DNA of 62,756 nucleotides, filler included, from Chiloscyllium plagiosum (Eukaryota), in the NCBI RefSeq assembly GCF_004010195.1. It is 6 parts of one record of this genome, joined end to end, with 100 filler letters (N's around TTAATTAATTAA, not from the genome) between each part and the next. Parts side by side here need not be neighbours in the genome. Positions count along the whole stretch, not along the records: positions 1 to 22,301 come from NC_057714.1; 5 more parts are not named here. One strand, written 5' to 3'. Below the pieces are notes generated by a model, which worked only from the letters and a program-made list of their open reading frames with translations, did no database searches and was not told the origin of the DNA. Below, one piece after another: positions 1 through 11,650 of the stretch (its first letter is position 1; every line of letters starts with the position of its first letter). The position numbers were made by a program, and so were the translations under genes.

Positions 1-870
1 GGGCCAGACATGGGGCTAAGGACGTGGCATGGGGCGAGGGCCAGGCATGGGGCTGGGGGCCAGGCATGGGGTGAGGGGGCCAGGCATGGGTCTGAGGGCA
101 AGTCATGGGGCTGACAGCTAGGCATTGGGCTGAAGGCAAGGTATGGGGCTGAGCGCCAGGTATGGGGCTGAGGGCCAGGCATGGGGCTGAGATCCAGACA
201 TGGGACTATGGACGTGGCATGATGCAAGGGCCAGACATGGGGTGGGGAGCCAGGCATGGGTTTGGTGGCCAGACATGGGTCTGGGGGCCAGGCATGGGGC
301 TGAGGGCCAAGCATGGGGCTGAGGGCCAGGTATGGGACTGAGGGCCAGACATGGGGCTAAGGACGTGGCATGGGGCGAGGGCCAGGCATGGGGCTGGGGG
401 CCAGGCATGGGGCCGAGGGCCAGTATGGGGCTGAGGGCCAGTATGGGGCTGAGGGCCAGGCATGGGCTGGGGGCCAGGCATCGTACTGAGGGCCAGACAT
501 GGGGCTGGAGGCCAGGGATGGAGCTGGGGGCCAGACATCGGGCTGAGTGCCAGGTATGGGGCTGGGGGCCACACATGGAGCTAGGGGCCAGGCATGAGGA
601 TAGGGGCCAGGCATGAGGATGGGGGCCAGGCATGGAGCTGAGGGCCAGACATGGGGCTGAGGGTCAGGAATGAGGATGGGGGCCCGGCATGAGGATGGGA
701 GTAGGGTTTGAGGCTGGGGGCCAGGCATGGGGCTGGGGGCCAGGCATCGGGCTGAGGACCAGGCATGGGGCTGGGGGCCAGGCATGGGGCTGGGGGCCAG
801 GCATGGGGCTGGTGGCCAGGCATGGGGCTGAGGGTTAGGCATGGGGATGGGTGCCATGGGGCTAGGGGCA
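1..870. repeat. G-rich minisatellite, ~20-bp unit (consensus GGGCCAGGCATGGGGCTGAG), truncated by window start
   Basis: Dozens of imperfect tandem copies are directly visible. They generate the repetitive PGPQPHAW/CLAPSP ORFs. Confidence 0.95.
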
Positions 871-1764
871 CTCCATCCTCTCCACCGATGCCCTCGCCAC
901 TGTACCTTGCCAATTCAGACCCCACCGATGCCACTGGATATTGTACCATCCCAAACTCCACTCTGATGCTGCCATGATTCTGCTTCAAGCCTATCTTACC
1001 AATGCCGTCGCTGGTGATGCTGTTGGGTCTTATATTGGTCCCAACCCCACTTCTGCTACTGCCTCCATGAATCTGCACTTGACACTGAGGCTGTCTGGAC
1101 CCAAACGTGCCTTCCACGCTGCCCACCACAAATCTTGCTGCTCGGCCCATTCACTGCCGCCAATGCTGCCACCACCAGCGACCTCTTCACCAAGAGGCAA
1201 ATAGAATAAAAAAGAGAAAAAACTGAGAGAAGAAAGAAAAGAAACAAAAATAAACTTGGACAGAGGGATGAGACCAGGGCTCAGAAGACCTCCTTCACAA
1301 CCACTGACCGGAAGTGGTTGTCAAGTGGACTCTGATTGGTAGCAGCATTACATCAACAATGCACCCATGAATACTGATTGTCAGTTTACTGCCAGGCTTT
1401 GTTTAAATTTAAAACCAGGCAGATTGACTCTGATTGATCTGGTTATTGCTGTGTTAAAGAAACCAGCCAATTCCTGTCACCTATTTGTGGAGTTGACATG
1501 GGTGCACTTTGCAAACATGTTCTTTCTGACGGTCGAGAATAAGGGCCCTACATACTGAAAATCCAAAATTGATTTGCACACTCCAGGTTATCTAGCAAAT
1601 GGTGTCCATTTGAAGCGTCACATCTAAAGATGGACATTGTGTTGCAAGTTTTGCAACTGTTGGCTGTTTGAGCTTGGTCAGTGCTTTAGTAGTTGTGAAC
1701 AGCTGGTGGGATATGCTGTTTGATATAATCCACCAGTCTTTGGGACGTAAGGACTACATACCCA

Positions 1765-2002
1765 GCATCATTGAAGACTTCAAGCTATTAAAAGGGAAAG
1801 ACAGAGTAGAAAAAGAAAACATGTTTCCACTGTTTGGGATTCTGGAAGAATGAGGCATGGTCTGAGAATTGGGGATAGTCTGTTTAGGAAGCACACGAGT
1901 GTTAGATGTTTGAGCTCTCTTCCACAAACTGCAGAGGATTCTGCATCAGTTGTTAATTTTAAATATGAGAACTTTTGTTCAGCAAATGTTTTTAAGGACT
2001 AT
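1765..2002 (+). mobile_element. Old CR1 LINE ORF2 C-terminal fragment
   Basis: IIEDFKLLKGKDRVEKENMFPL resembles the DLIETYKIIKGLD...MFPL end of other CR1 copies in the window. Confidence 0.6.
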
Positions 2003-3339
2003 TTAAGAAAGGTGGTAAGTAAAAACCAGGGAACTATAGACCGGTGAGCTTGACCTCGGTGGTGGTCAAGCTGTTGGAGGGAATCCTGAGGGACAGGATG
2101 TATATGTATTTGGAAAGGCAAGGACTGATTAGGGAGCGTCTACAGGGCTTGGTGTGTGGGAAATCATGTCTCACAAACTTGATTGAGCTTTTTGAAGAAG
2201 TAACAAAGAGGATTGATGAGGGCAGAGTAATGGACGTGATCTATATGGACTTCAGTAAGGCGTTCAACAAGGTTTCCCATGGTAGACTGGTTAGCAATGC
2301 TAGATCGCATGAAATACAGGGAGAACTAGCCAATTGGACATAGAACTGGGTTGAAGGTAGAAGACAAAGGGTAGTGGTGGAGGATTGTTTTTCAGACTGG
2401 AGGCCTGTGACCAGTAGAGTGCCACAAGGATCAGTGCTTTTCTTCATTTATATAAATGATTTGGATGTGAACACAGAAGGTATAATTAGTAAGTTTGTAG
2501 ATGACACCAAAATTGGAGGTGGAATGGACAGCGAAGAGGGTTACCTTAGATTACAGATGGAGTTTAATTTAGATAAATGTAAGGTGTTGCATTTTGGGAA
2601 AGCAAACCTTAGCAGGACTTATACATTTAATGGTCAGGTCCTCGGGAGTGTTGCTGAACAAAGAGACCTTGGAGTGTAGGTTCATAGCTCCTTGAAAGTG
2701 GAGTCGCAGGTAGATAGGATAGTGAAGAAGGCATTTGGTATGCTTTCCTTTATTGGCCAGAGTATTGAGTACAGGAGTTGGGAAGTCATGTTGCGGCTGT
2801 ACAGGACATTGGTTAGGCCACTTTTGGAATATTATGAGCAATTCTGGTCTCCTTCCTATCAAGGATTTACAAGGATGTTGCCAGGGTTGGAGGATTTCAG
2901 CTATAGGGAGAATTTGAAGCGGCTGGGGCTGTTTTCCCTGGAGCGTCGGAGGCTGAGTGGTGACCTTATAGAGATTTATAAAATCATGAGGGGCATGGAA
3001 AGGGTAAATAGACAAGGTCTTTTCTCTGGGATGGGGGAGTCCGGAACGAGAGTGCATAGGTTTAGGGTGAGAGGGGAAAGATATAAAACAGATCAAAGCG
3101 GCAACATTTTCACACAGAGGGCGGTGTGTGCATGGAATAAGCTGCCAGAGGAAGTGATGGAGGCTGGTACAATTGCAAAATTTAAAAGGCATTTGGATGG
3201 GTATATGAATAGGAAGGGTTTGGAGGGATGTGGGCCGTGTGCTGCCAAATGGGACTAGATCAGGTTGCGATATCTGGTTGACATGGATGAGTTGGACCGA
3301 AAGGTCTGTTACCATGCTGTACATCTCTATGATTCTATG
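2003..3339 (+). mobile_element. CR1 (HER1-like) LINE, 5'-truncated, disrupted RT to 3' tail
   Basis: YRPVSLTS, DFSKAF, VPQGSVL, KFVDDTK, LVRPLLEY and RRLSGDLIE motifs. Contains stops and frameshifts and ends in a CTATGA(T/C)T-type tail. Confidence 0.93.
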
Positions 3340-3346
3340 CATTGAA

Positions 3347-3790
3347 GGGGCGGCACAGTGGTTAGCACTTCGGCTTCACAGCACTTGGGACCTGGGTTTA
3401 ATCCCATCCTCAGGCAACTGTCTGTGTGGAGTTTGCACATTCTCCACGTGTCTGTGTGGGTGTCCTCTGGGTGCTCCGGTTTCCTCCCACAATCCAAAGA
3501 TGTCCATTATAGGTGAATTGGCTATGCTAAATTGCCCATAGTGTTCAGGGATGTGTAAGTTAGGTGGATTAGTCAGGGGTAAATGTCAGGGGTAAATTCC
3601 TGAAGAAGGGCTAATGCCCGAAACGTCGATTCTCCTGTTCCCTAGATGCTGCCTGACCTGCTGCGCTTTTCAAGCAACACATTTCCAACTCTAAATGTAG
3701 AGTAATAAGATAAGGGGATGGGTCTGGCAGGTTTACTCTTCAGAGGATCGATGTGGACTTTTGGGCTGAATGGCCTGTTTCCCTGGATTC
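3347..3790 (+). mobile_element. tRNA-derived SINE (HE1/V-SINE-like), interrupted by a hammerhead element at 3597-3691
   Basis: Head GGGCGGCACAGTGGTTAGCAC with A/B-box-like motifs, core GTGTGGAGTTTGCACATTCTCC...GGTGCTCCGGTTTCCTCCCACA, and CR1-like tail GGGCTGAATGGCCTGTTTCC. Confidence 0.88.
3597..3691 (+). ncRNA. Short PLE terminal-repeat element (family A) with intact minimal hammerhead core
   Basis: CTGAAGA (3600-3606), A, GGGC-TAAT-GCCC hairpin, GAAA (3620-3623), C-GTC. Confidence 0.8.
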
Positions 3791-4339
3791 TAAATACATA
3801 TACTATGTTACTCATTTGTAAAATAGGCAGAATGTCTTTTTTGGTTTCGCCTTGTTCATGGCAAATAGTACTGATGTTGCTACTGCATAGTAGCAATGTG
3901 AAACAGCTAGCCTCAATTCTCGCTCATACTTATAGGTACCTTAACTTACTAGGGTAATGTGAGATAGACTGGTGAACAAATGGCTCGGGCATATTTACAA
4001 GGCCTGCAGTAAGAACAATCTTACAAGATGTGATACTATAGGAATCCCAGTGTGTATACTGACCAGTGAAGGTAAGTTTACACTGAAGGTAGGTTTGCAT
4101 CAGAAGTAGTACAGAATCCATTTTTCAACTGGAACATCAAAGAAAGGGAGCTTATTTCACCAATCTTTTTCAAGCATGAATTTAAGTGCAGGATGGAGCC
4201 CATTGAGAAATGGAGGGAAATTCTTACATGTAGCTGCAGATGAAAGTATAGCAAAAGAATCGTCTACATATTCAGAATATTCGAAGGATTGGAGGTTAGT
4301 TATCATTTAATGGAAGACATATTTCTCATGAAATCTGAC

Positions 4340-4510
4340 AATGGGTGCATTCTCCCTGGCAACACCTCTACCAATCAGAGTCTACTTGTCAACCAGTCAA
4401 CACTCATGCAGTATGAATGGTGGTTTTTCCTTTATTTTGGTATTCTTGTGAAATGTCCTGATGATAACAAAATGAAAGCTTAGATGAAAATGTGTATTTT
4501 TTTCAGCTGT
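4340..4510 (+). mobile_element. Old PLE family C terminal repeat with degenerate hammerhead core
   Basis: CTGATGA at 4458-4464 and GAAAGCTT at 4474-4481. Similar to 35270-35420 and 58740-58890, which follow PLE C-terminal coding sequence. Confidence 0.55.
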
Positions 4511-5254
4511 ACTCTAGTTCTGTACAATCAAACCCCTATTTGTACACCCGAGACAGAGGTACAAGAATCAAATTTGAAATATCAACATCATAGTTCACCT
4601 TGTTGACAAGACAAGAGCAGGTAAGCTTCGTATGAAATTAAACCTAAAGATGTGCTGGTTCTCATTTTGAAATGTATTGATAATGTAAAACTGGGAAAGA
4701 ATCCGACAATTGAATAGGCGCTTATGCAAGTTAAAGATTGAAAAGCTTAGTCTACTCTACACTACACTTAATCTGAACTGTGCAATTTTCTTTCACTTTT
4801 CAACTTGACCCACTGCAATGCTTCAATCATAAACAGAATCTGTTCAAAACACACCCACACCATAAGGTCACTAAAGTGGAAGGAGTTTAGCACACAATGA
4901 ATGATATTACTAAATATGTAATAAACTACTCTGACTATGTCCTCTCTGAAACCAAGGAGTTTGGCCTTACACATCATTTCAATTTTGGTGTACCTTCAAC
5001 TCACAACAAATTCCTCTACTCCAAGAAACTCCATCACAAGCCAATGCCCACTGAAAATGATGAGTCCATGAATGTGTGCCTAACTGATCTAGCACAGATC
5101 CAGCTTATTGCTGGATTTTCTGAATGACTTGTCAGTTTTCACATGCAGCGTTAATGTCTAGTATTGTTATGATGCCTCAAAGTCAACTTGCATTTACATA
5201 CCAATAATTCTGACAAAGGCAGTGGAATAGTCATCCTTAACGTGCATGACTATA

Positions 5255-5380
5255 CCTAAGAAGGGCTTATGCCCGAAACGTCGATTCTTCTGCTCCTCAG
5301 ATGCTGCCTGGCCTGCTGTGTTTTTCCAGCAACACATTTTTCAACTCTGGTCTCCAGCATCTGCAGTCCTCACTTTCTCC
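5255..5380 (+). mobile_element. Family A short PLE element, hammerhead core with 1-nt deletion
   Basis: CCTAAGAAGGGCTTATGCCCGAAACGTCG...CAGCATCTGCAGTCCTCACTTTCTCC. Confidence 0.85.
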
Positions 5381-5585
5381 CACTTTTATACCTAATACAT
5401 GCCATACTTGATGTCAATTCCAAATTTGTATCCATCTGGCCTGCCATTCAGCATGACCGGACAACTTTCCTGGAAAACAAGCTAAAAAAAAAAATCTGTT
5501 GTACTTGTGTAAGTCAACCGACTGCTGAATGATCCCATGTGATGGAGTTTATCCTCACGGCTCACTGTGTCCTAGTATCAAATTA

Positions 5586-5827
5586 AAAACCAAAAGAATT
5601 GCGGGTGCTGGAAATCAGAAACAGAAACAGAAATTGCTGCAAAAGCTCAGCTGGTCTGGCAGCATGTGTGGAGAAACATCAGGGTAAATGTTTAAGGTTC
5701 GGTGACCTTTCATCAGAACTCAGGCCATTCTGAGGAAGGGTCACTGAAGCAGAAAGGTTTACTCAATGTCTCTCCACAGATGCTACCAGACACATTGAGC
5801 TTTTCCAGCAATTTCTGGTTTAGTTTC
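5586..5827. mobile_element. Diverged palindromic PLE family B terminal-repeat pair with hammerhead-like cores on both strands
   Basis: Arms are imperfect reverse complements (GAAATTGCTGCAAAAGCTCAG / TGAGCTTTTCCAGCAATTTC). TCATCAG at 5710-5716 and CTGAGGA at 5730-5736. Confidence 0.7.
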
Positions 5828-6347
5828 GCAAAAAAATTTCTTTTTCAGCCCTATAGTATCTATGACCCAGCTTTGTACAACTTGAACTGGCCAATTGGTT
5901 GGGCAAATTGTGATATGCATTTTCGAGCTAGTTTTCCACTTACACAATGAAGGATTCCATTATACTTGAGAAGAGCATATTAACATCAATGCAGTATCTA
6001 TATGTTCATTTGACATTGCTATTCTATTCTCAAACATATCACTCAAGGAAGCCATAAAAATCTAAACTGCAACACTACATCTTGCCAATCTGGATACATC
6101 ACCATTTCATGAATCAGTATTTGTTGAACTTAGAAAGTCGGCAACATGTACAGTTGAGTTCAGTTTCGATGATATGCATACCCAAATAGATACAAACCAT
6201 GAGATCTTCACTGGGTTTGGCTCTTACAAATATCTCTGTTGGATGTCATGAGAAACATGTCTTTGACGAAGAAACACCTAACATACAACTGTTGCATATT
6301 TCCAATAGGTAAAACAGATACTTGCCACATTTGAATTTGCAGCTGCA

Positions 6348-6632
6348 TGTAAGAATATTCTTGTTGTCTTAATGGGCTTTACCCTGCATTCCAATTTGTG
6401 TCTGTACAGTGATTGGAACTATGGCCAATTAGATTTCATTGACTACGAGATCCTTGATTGAGGCAGTTAACTTGGGCCAATCAGGGAGCCCTGGCTGAGA
6501 GATATAAATAGGAGATTCAGAAGGTCTCCTCAATCTAGGGACTGGCACTGGCTGGTCACAACCTGTGTACTGTGCACATGTAAATAAAGGGTGACATGGT
6601 GATGGGATTTCAGCCTCTGACCAGTTATTTCA
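6348..6632 (+). mobile_element. Probable solo LTR
   Basis: TG...CA ends, with CCAAT (6477-6481), TATAAA (6503-6508) and AATAAA (6583-6588) in LTR order. No clean TSD. Confidence 0.5.
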
Positions 6633-8004
6633 GTTTGGAAGGGAACAGTTAACTGATTTAGTTCTAGTTGTAGAGTGGGCAGTTCTTTACTTTTGTCTAT
6701 TGCTGACTCCCATTTACTAATCAGCTTATGCACAGCTGTTTCCCAATAAGGCCAATCCTATACTGTATGGAGCTGTAGGAATCTCAAATGCTGAAATAGG
6801 GCACAAAGACATCCTCTTGGATATTGGTCACCCTGTTCAGTTAATTTCTCACTATATATCACAAATTCATGGAGGGCTCTGAGGTCCTGAAACATGGCCA
6901 GTCCACCTCTGATTAACTGGGAAGGAAATCCTTCAAAAAATATTAACTTTAATGCAACTTCATTGAGCATATTGAATAGCCCTCTTATGCAAAGTAGGTA
7001 ATCTCACTGGATTATTCTATTTTGGATTAAGAATTCTGATTTCAAAACTTCATATTTAGTTTCTCACTAATAGGTAAAGGTCACTAATGAAATTTTCTGC
7101 AGATTCTCCTAAAAGCTGAACTCTTCTGTTAAATGGTGGTCTTCAAGTATATTTTTTGTCCAGAATTGAAGCAAACATCAAAATCATTTAAGACATCTAC
7201 ATAAGCATATGTACTCTCTAATATTCTGTTGATTAATAACATTGCTTCAGTTGAATCCATTAAATATTGGAGTGTATTAACTGTTCAGCTTCAGGGTTTG
7301 GATTTTACTTTCAAGGCAATGATGTATCTTAAGAACTATTGCCCCTCAATCTTGTGTTCTGTATGGTCTTTCTCTGAACTTAAATCTTTGTGAAAGCATT
7401 ATCTTTTTTTTCCTCACTACTTCTATTAATTCATATTCTTGTAGAGCTGGTTTAATTCTGTATCATCTTAGTACTGCTTGTGATCTTTTGTACCTTAGCT
7501 CATACTCTTGCATTCAAACATGATGTTTAAATTCAATAACTGTACAGTTTACTAGTCTCTGTAAAAGTATTTCCGATATTGCCAATTTTTATACATTCTG
7601 TTTTGCAGTAATATTGCATTAATCTTTTCAACAAAACATTAAATTCTACAAGTAGTGATTTATTGCTTTCAACATTCAGAATTCTGTTTCTTTGCAATAT
7701 TGTATCTCTGTACTGCTTGCTGGATTTTACCACCTTTTTTCTGGGTTTTGCTGCCTTTTCAACTGATTAAAATGGTGGTTAGCTGTCTTTTTCATGATTC
7801 CCAATTTCTGCAGCCAAAATGGAGATTGCTCAATATTTCAGAAGGAAACTGGTCGATTTCCTACTTTATATAGTTTAAGACAGCAAGCATTTTCTTCGAC
7901 ACTTTTTTTTAACATTATAAGTGCCACAGCCAAAACAATCTTCCCTCTGAAATCGCTGTTTAATTCACGAATACTGCTTGTTTCTCCTTTTTTTTAAACA
8001 ACCT

Positions 8005-8100
8005 TTTCAGAGATGCTATTACACACCTCTGGAATAAGTGTGACTTGAATCAGAACCTTCTAGCTCAGAGGTAAGGGGCACTACCACTAGACTACAAGAG
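8005..8100 (-). mobile_element. Degenerate tRNA-derived SINE head
   Basis: Reverse complement GCTCTTGTAGTCTAGTGGTAGTG...GGTTCTGATTCAAGTC has A-box/B-box-like spacing. Confidence 0.45.
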
Positions 8101-8555
8101 CACTCATAATAAATAGGATGCTCAGGAGCTGGACTGAATGCACCAGATCCCTATGAAGGCTAGTGTAGTACTCATTGTCTCCACCTGCAGACTGTGTATG
8201 TACCTACAGTGTGGGTGCAGCTCAATGCAACATTAACATAACTCCTTCAGAACCATTACTTATACAATATGGTGACAAAGGGATGGCATCATTCTATGTC
8301 AACATCATAACATAGACTTGGAAAATTAGCCAACATGTTTTACATCATACTATATTTTGCTCCTGAAGTTCACATAACAGAAGTTTAAACTTTTTTTAGT
8401 CACTTGTTTCCTAGTCTCATTTACTTTCTCTTGGCTTGACATTAAAAATTTTGATAATATGTTCAAAGTCAATGGAATGTATAAACTGTTGTGGAGGAAA
8501 ATTGGCTGCCCATTTGTTTGGTTCCCATTTAGTTGCTGGCATAGATCAGTTTAGA

Positions 8556-8778
8556 GCTGAAAATGTGTTGCTGGAAAAGCGCAGCAGGTCAGGCAGCATC
8601 CAAAGAGCAGGAGAATCGACGTTTCGGGCATGAGCCCTTCTTCAGGATTCCTGAAGAAGGGCTCATGCCCGAAACGTCGATTCTCCTGCTCCTTGGATGC
8701 TGCCTGACTTGCTGCGCTTTTCCAGCAACACATTTTCAGCTTTGATCTCCAGCATCTGCAGTCCTCACTTTCTCCTCG
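8556..8778. mobile_element. Palindromic family A PLE element with two hammerhead cores and 15-bp TSD
   Basis: ~93-bp arms centred on 8648, with 2-3 mismatches. Direct repeat ATAGATCAGTTTAGA at 8541-8555 and 8779-8793. Confidence 0.92.
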
Positions 8779-8984
8779 ATAGATCAGTTTAGACCTATTT
8801 CTTCACATCCTGTAAAAATGTTATAGACAACAAGAAAAGTAAATGCTGGCAGCTGTTTAGCTATTTCCAAGGTTTTTGTCAACACTTCACTCTATTGTAT
8901 ATTCCTGTTCAAGAGTAGTTTACTTATTGGTTTTCACAAGGCAAAAGATGAACTTTGTTATTTACCTGACTTTGCTGCCTGTGA

Positions 8985-9115
8985 ATAATAGCATTGTGGG
9001 TCTACGTACAGCATGTGGACTGCAGCTCACCATCACCTTCTCAAGGGCAACCAGGGACAGGTGATAAATACTAGCTAGTCAGTGACCCTCTTGCCACATG
9101 AGTGTATAGAAAATA
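8985..9115 (+). mobile_element. 3' tail of an old CR1/L2-related LINE or SINE
   Basis: GGACTGCAGCTCACCATCACCTTCTCAAGGGCAACCAGGGACAGG followed by an A-rich end. Recognised motif only. Confidence 0.5.
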
Positions 9116-10781
9116 AACATAAATAAATAAGGGTTACTTGGCGGGTCTTTTTATTGTTTCCAGCTTGGCTAATTGAAAGCGGTTTACTCATCAACATTAT
9201 GTTTCGCATTATTGTTACTATCACTAATGCATCCACATCCACTCAACTAGCATTTACAGCTCGGGCTGTGGAGATTTGTGCTCATGGAAATGGCAGCGGT
9301 GTCATCTACAAAAGGAGCTCACTCCTCTGCTAGAATTCTTCATATGAACAATTGGTCCCCGCACACATCGCTTGATGTAGAATAGTCCTGATGTGGAGAA
9401 AAGAAGCTGTGTCACCAGCAATCATGTAACTTCATCCCAGGAGGAATTTGTCAAAGATCACCAAATCAGTAAGTCACCCGTGTTCCGTAGGCTCAAGGCG
9501 TGTTGAGACGAGAGCAATGCCTGAATTTCAAATGAAATTTAAATTTTAAGAGATTGCTTGTGTACTTTGGGTTGAATTTACAAATTTCTCTATCATTAAT
9601 GAATCTCTATGTGCATAAGTAAGTATTAAATTTCTAATGTTGCAACTATCAAGAAATTTTTAACAGTATTTTTTGTCAATCTTGAGTATTGTGTAGATAT
9701 GAAAGGAATCAGACTACCTGTCGTTACCAATTAGATTGGAGCTAGGGCCTTCTTGTGGAATTAGATGTCGGTCATTTCAGCTATGATAGAGGAAAGTAAT
9801 GATCTGGAGTAAGTGTCACTGATATTCATAAATCATATACCACTGGAGGTGGCCATTTAGGCTAGCATGTCTATGCTGGCTCTTTGAAATAGCTATCCAA
9901 TTTGTCCCACTCCCCTTCTCTCTGTCCATAGCATTTGCAAATGTTTCCTTTTCAAGTTTATATCAAATTTCATCATGCACCTTACGTGAGAGAATAATGA
10001 AGCCAATTTGTGAGTGGACTTCTTCAGCAACATATCAGCTACCTATAAAATTCAGCTGATATCTGCTGCAGGTTGATTTGTTAATTGTATAGAAACTGTA
10101 CAAATTAAGTATAGGGTGAACTGCAATTTCTTTATGTTTTCAAATATGAAGTGGTACTCTACTTATTAATATTCTGGTATTTTGTAATGCTTCACTATTT
10201 AATCAAACAATCCTTGAAATTAATCAGGCAGCCTTTAGAACATAGTTAATGGACTGCTTTATTTTATTTAACAATTCACTTGAATTGGTGATTTGATTAA
10301 TGGGAGTTCAATGTATTGATTGTTGTTAAAAAAGTTCAAGTGATAATTTACCTCAACTGACAAATTGTTTATAAATTTGAGGTATTAATTATTAGTTTAA
10401 CATGTTTGTGTGTTTAACTTTCACATTTCAAGATTATTGTGGTAAAGTATGTTACTCAGTCATATCACTATTTTCTTTACAGGAGTTCATAATTAAAATG
10501 ACTCACTTAACAAGAATAATTATTCTGAGTCGATTTACAATGTAACTATGTAGAGATAACAGTAATAATAAAGTATAATTAGTTTATTGCACAAAATTGA
10601 CTTGTATTTTATCTGGATATATTAATTTATTTAGTTGTATTTCATCTGTTTGATGTTGTTTACTTTAAATGTTTATTAGAAAGTAGAAACATTAATCTAA
10701 TTGCCTGATCACAGCAACAAATGATAAAGAAATCCTTGACTGTATATTTGTTCAAAAGAATGGTGAACATGGAAAGATTAT

Positions 10782-10841
10782 GGGCGGCACGGTGGCACAG
10801 TGGTTAGCACTGCTGCCTCACAGCGCCGGAGACCCGGGTTC
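10782..10841 (+). mobile_element. HE1-like SINE 5' head only (60 bp) between perfect 65-bp direct repeats
   Basis: GGGCGGCACGGTGGCACAGTGGTTAGCACTGCTGCCTCACAGCGCCGGAGACCCGGGTTC. Flanks 10717-10781 and 10842-10906 are identical. Confidence 0.88.
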
Positions 10842-11650
10842 ACAAATGATAAAGAAATCCTTGACTGTATATTTGTTCAAAAGAATGGTGAACATGGAAA
10901 GATTATTTGTTCCAGTTGTGACTTGTTGATAAATTGATCAGCAATGTGCTACCCCCAACGAGCTTGCCTGTGGATTTACTGTTATTCAAGCAGCTACAGA
11001 AATGAAAGAGACTGATGTTAAGCCTTCAGTTAAACCTAGGCATGCCATGGACTCAAGCACCATATGGTCTTATGATCAAATTATACTGCAGCTTCTCCCT
11101 AGTGGCTTTCAATGAATAAACTACAGTTTAACTGGAATTGTAGTTTCTGATCTGACAAGTGTATTGGATATTAGCAAACATTGAAAGGTGATTTTTGATA
11201 CCTTTAAAAGAAGTTAACTTTTAAAGATTTAACTCTCATCAAAATTAGAAGTGGTGGTAGAAACAGCAACATCCAAGAGTGACTAACAACAGATTATTAG
11301 TACACTTCTGTGTAAGAGTGCCTCACAATTACACCTCCCCTCAAATATTCATTAATTTAAAAAGCTGAGACGACTGTCAGTGGATTTAACTTTCCTCCAC
11401 TTATCACCCAAGGTGTGTTTGTATTCTGAGACACGGATCAGAGGGAAAAGGGATTGAGGTGCATAGCACTGGCTTTCCATATATTTTGAACTTTATGCAC
11501 ATATTCAAAATTCATGCACAAATCTGAGGCCTCTTCCAAAGGGCAAAAGACCTTACATTTGAAAAAAGGGTTAAAGTATTTAAGTATGAAATTAATAAGT
11601 TGGAAACGTCATCAATATGTCACTTACCTTCTATCAGGTTTCCCACTTGA

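Noticed and set aside
118..1150. Several long Pro/Gly/Trp-rich ORFs on both strands
   Set aside because: They are translations of a stop-poor minisatellite, with no evidence of a gene.
3347..3420. tRNA-like sequence here and at 10782-10841
   Set aside because: These are SINE heads. There is no complete cloverleaf, and the 3347 copy continues into SINE body.
8551..8745. Mirror-image 60-aa ORFs and the recurring MPETSILL.. / LLEKRSRSGSI peptides
   Set aside because: They are a by-product of the palindrome and of the repeated non-coding terminal repeat.
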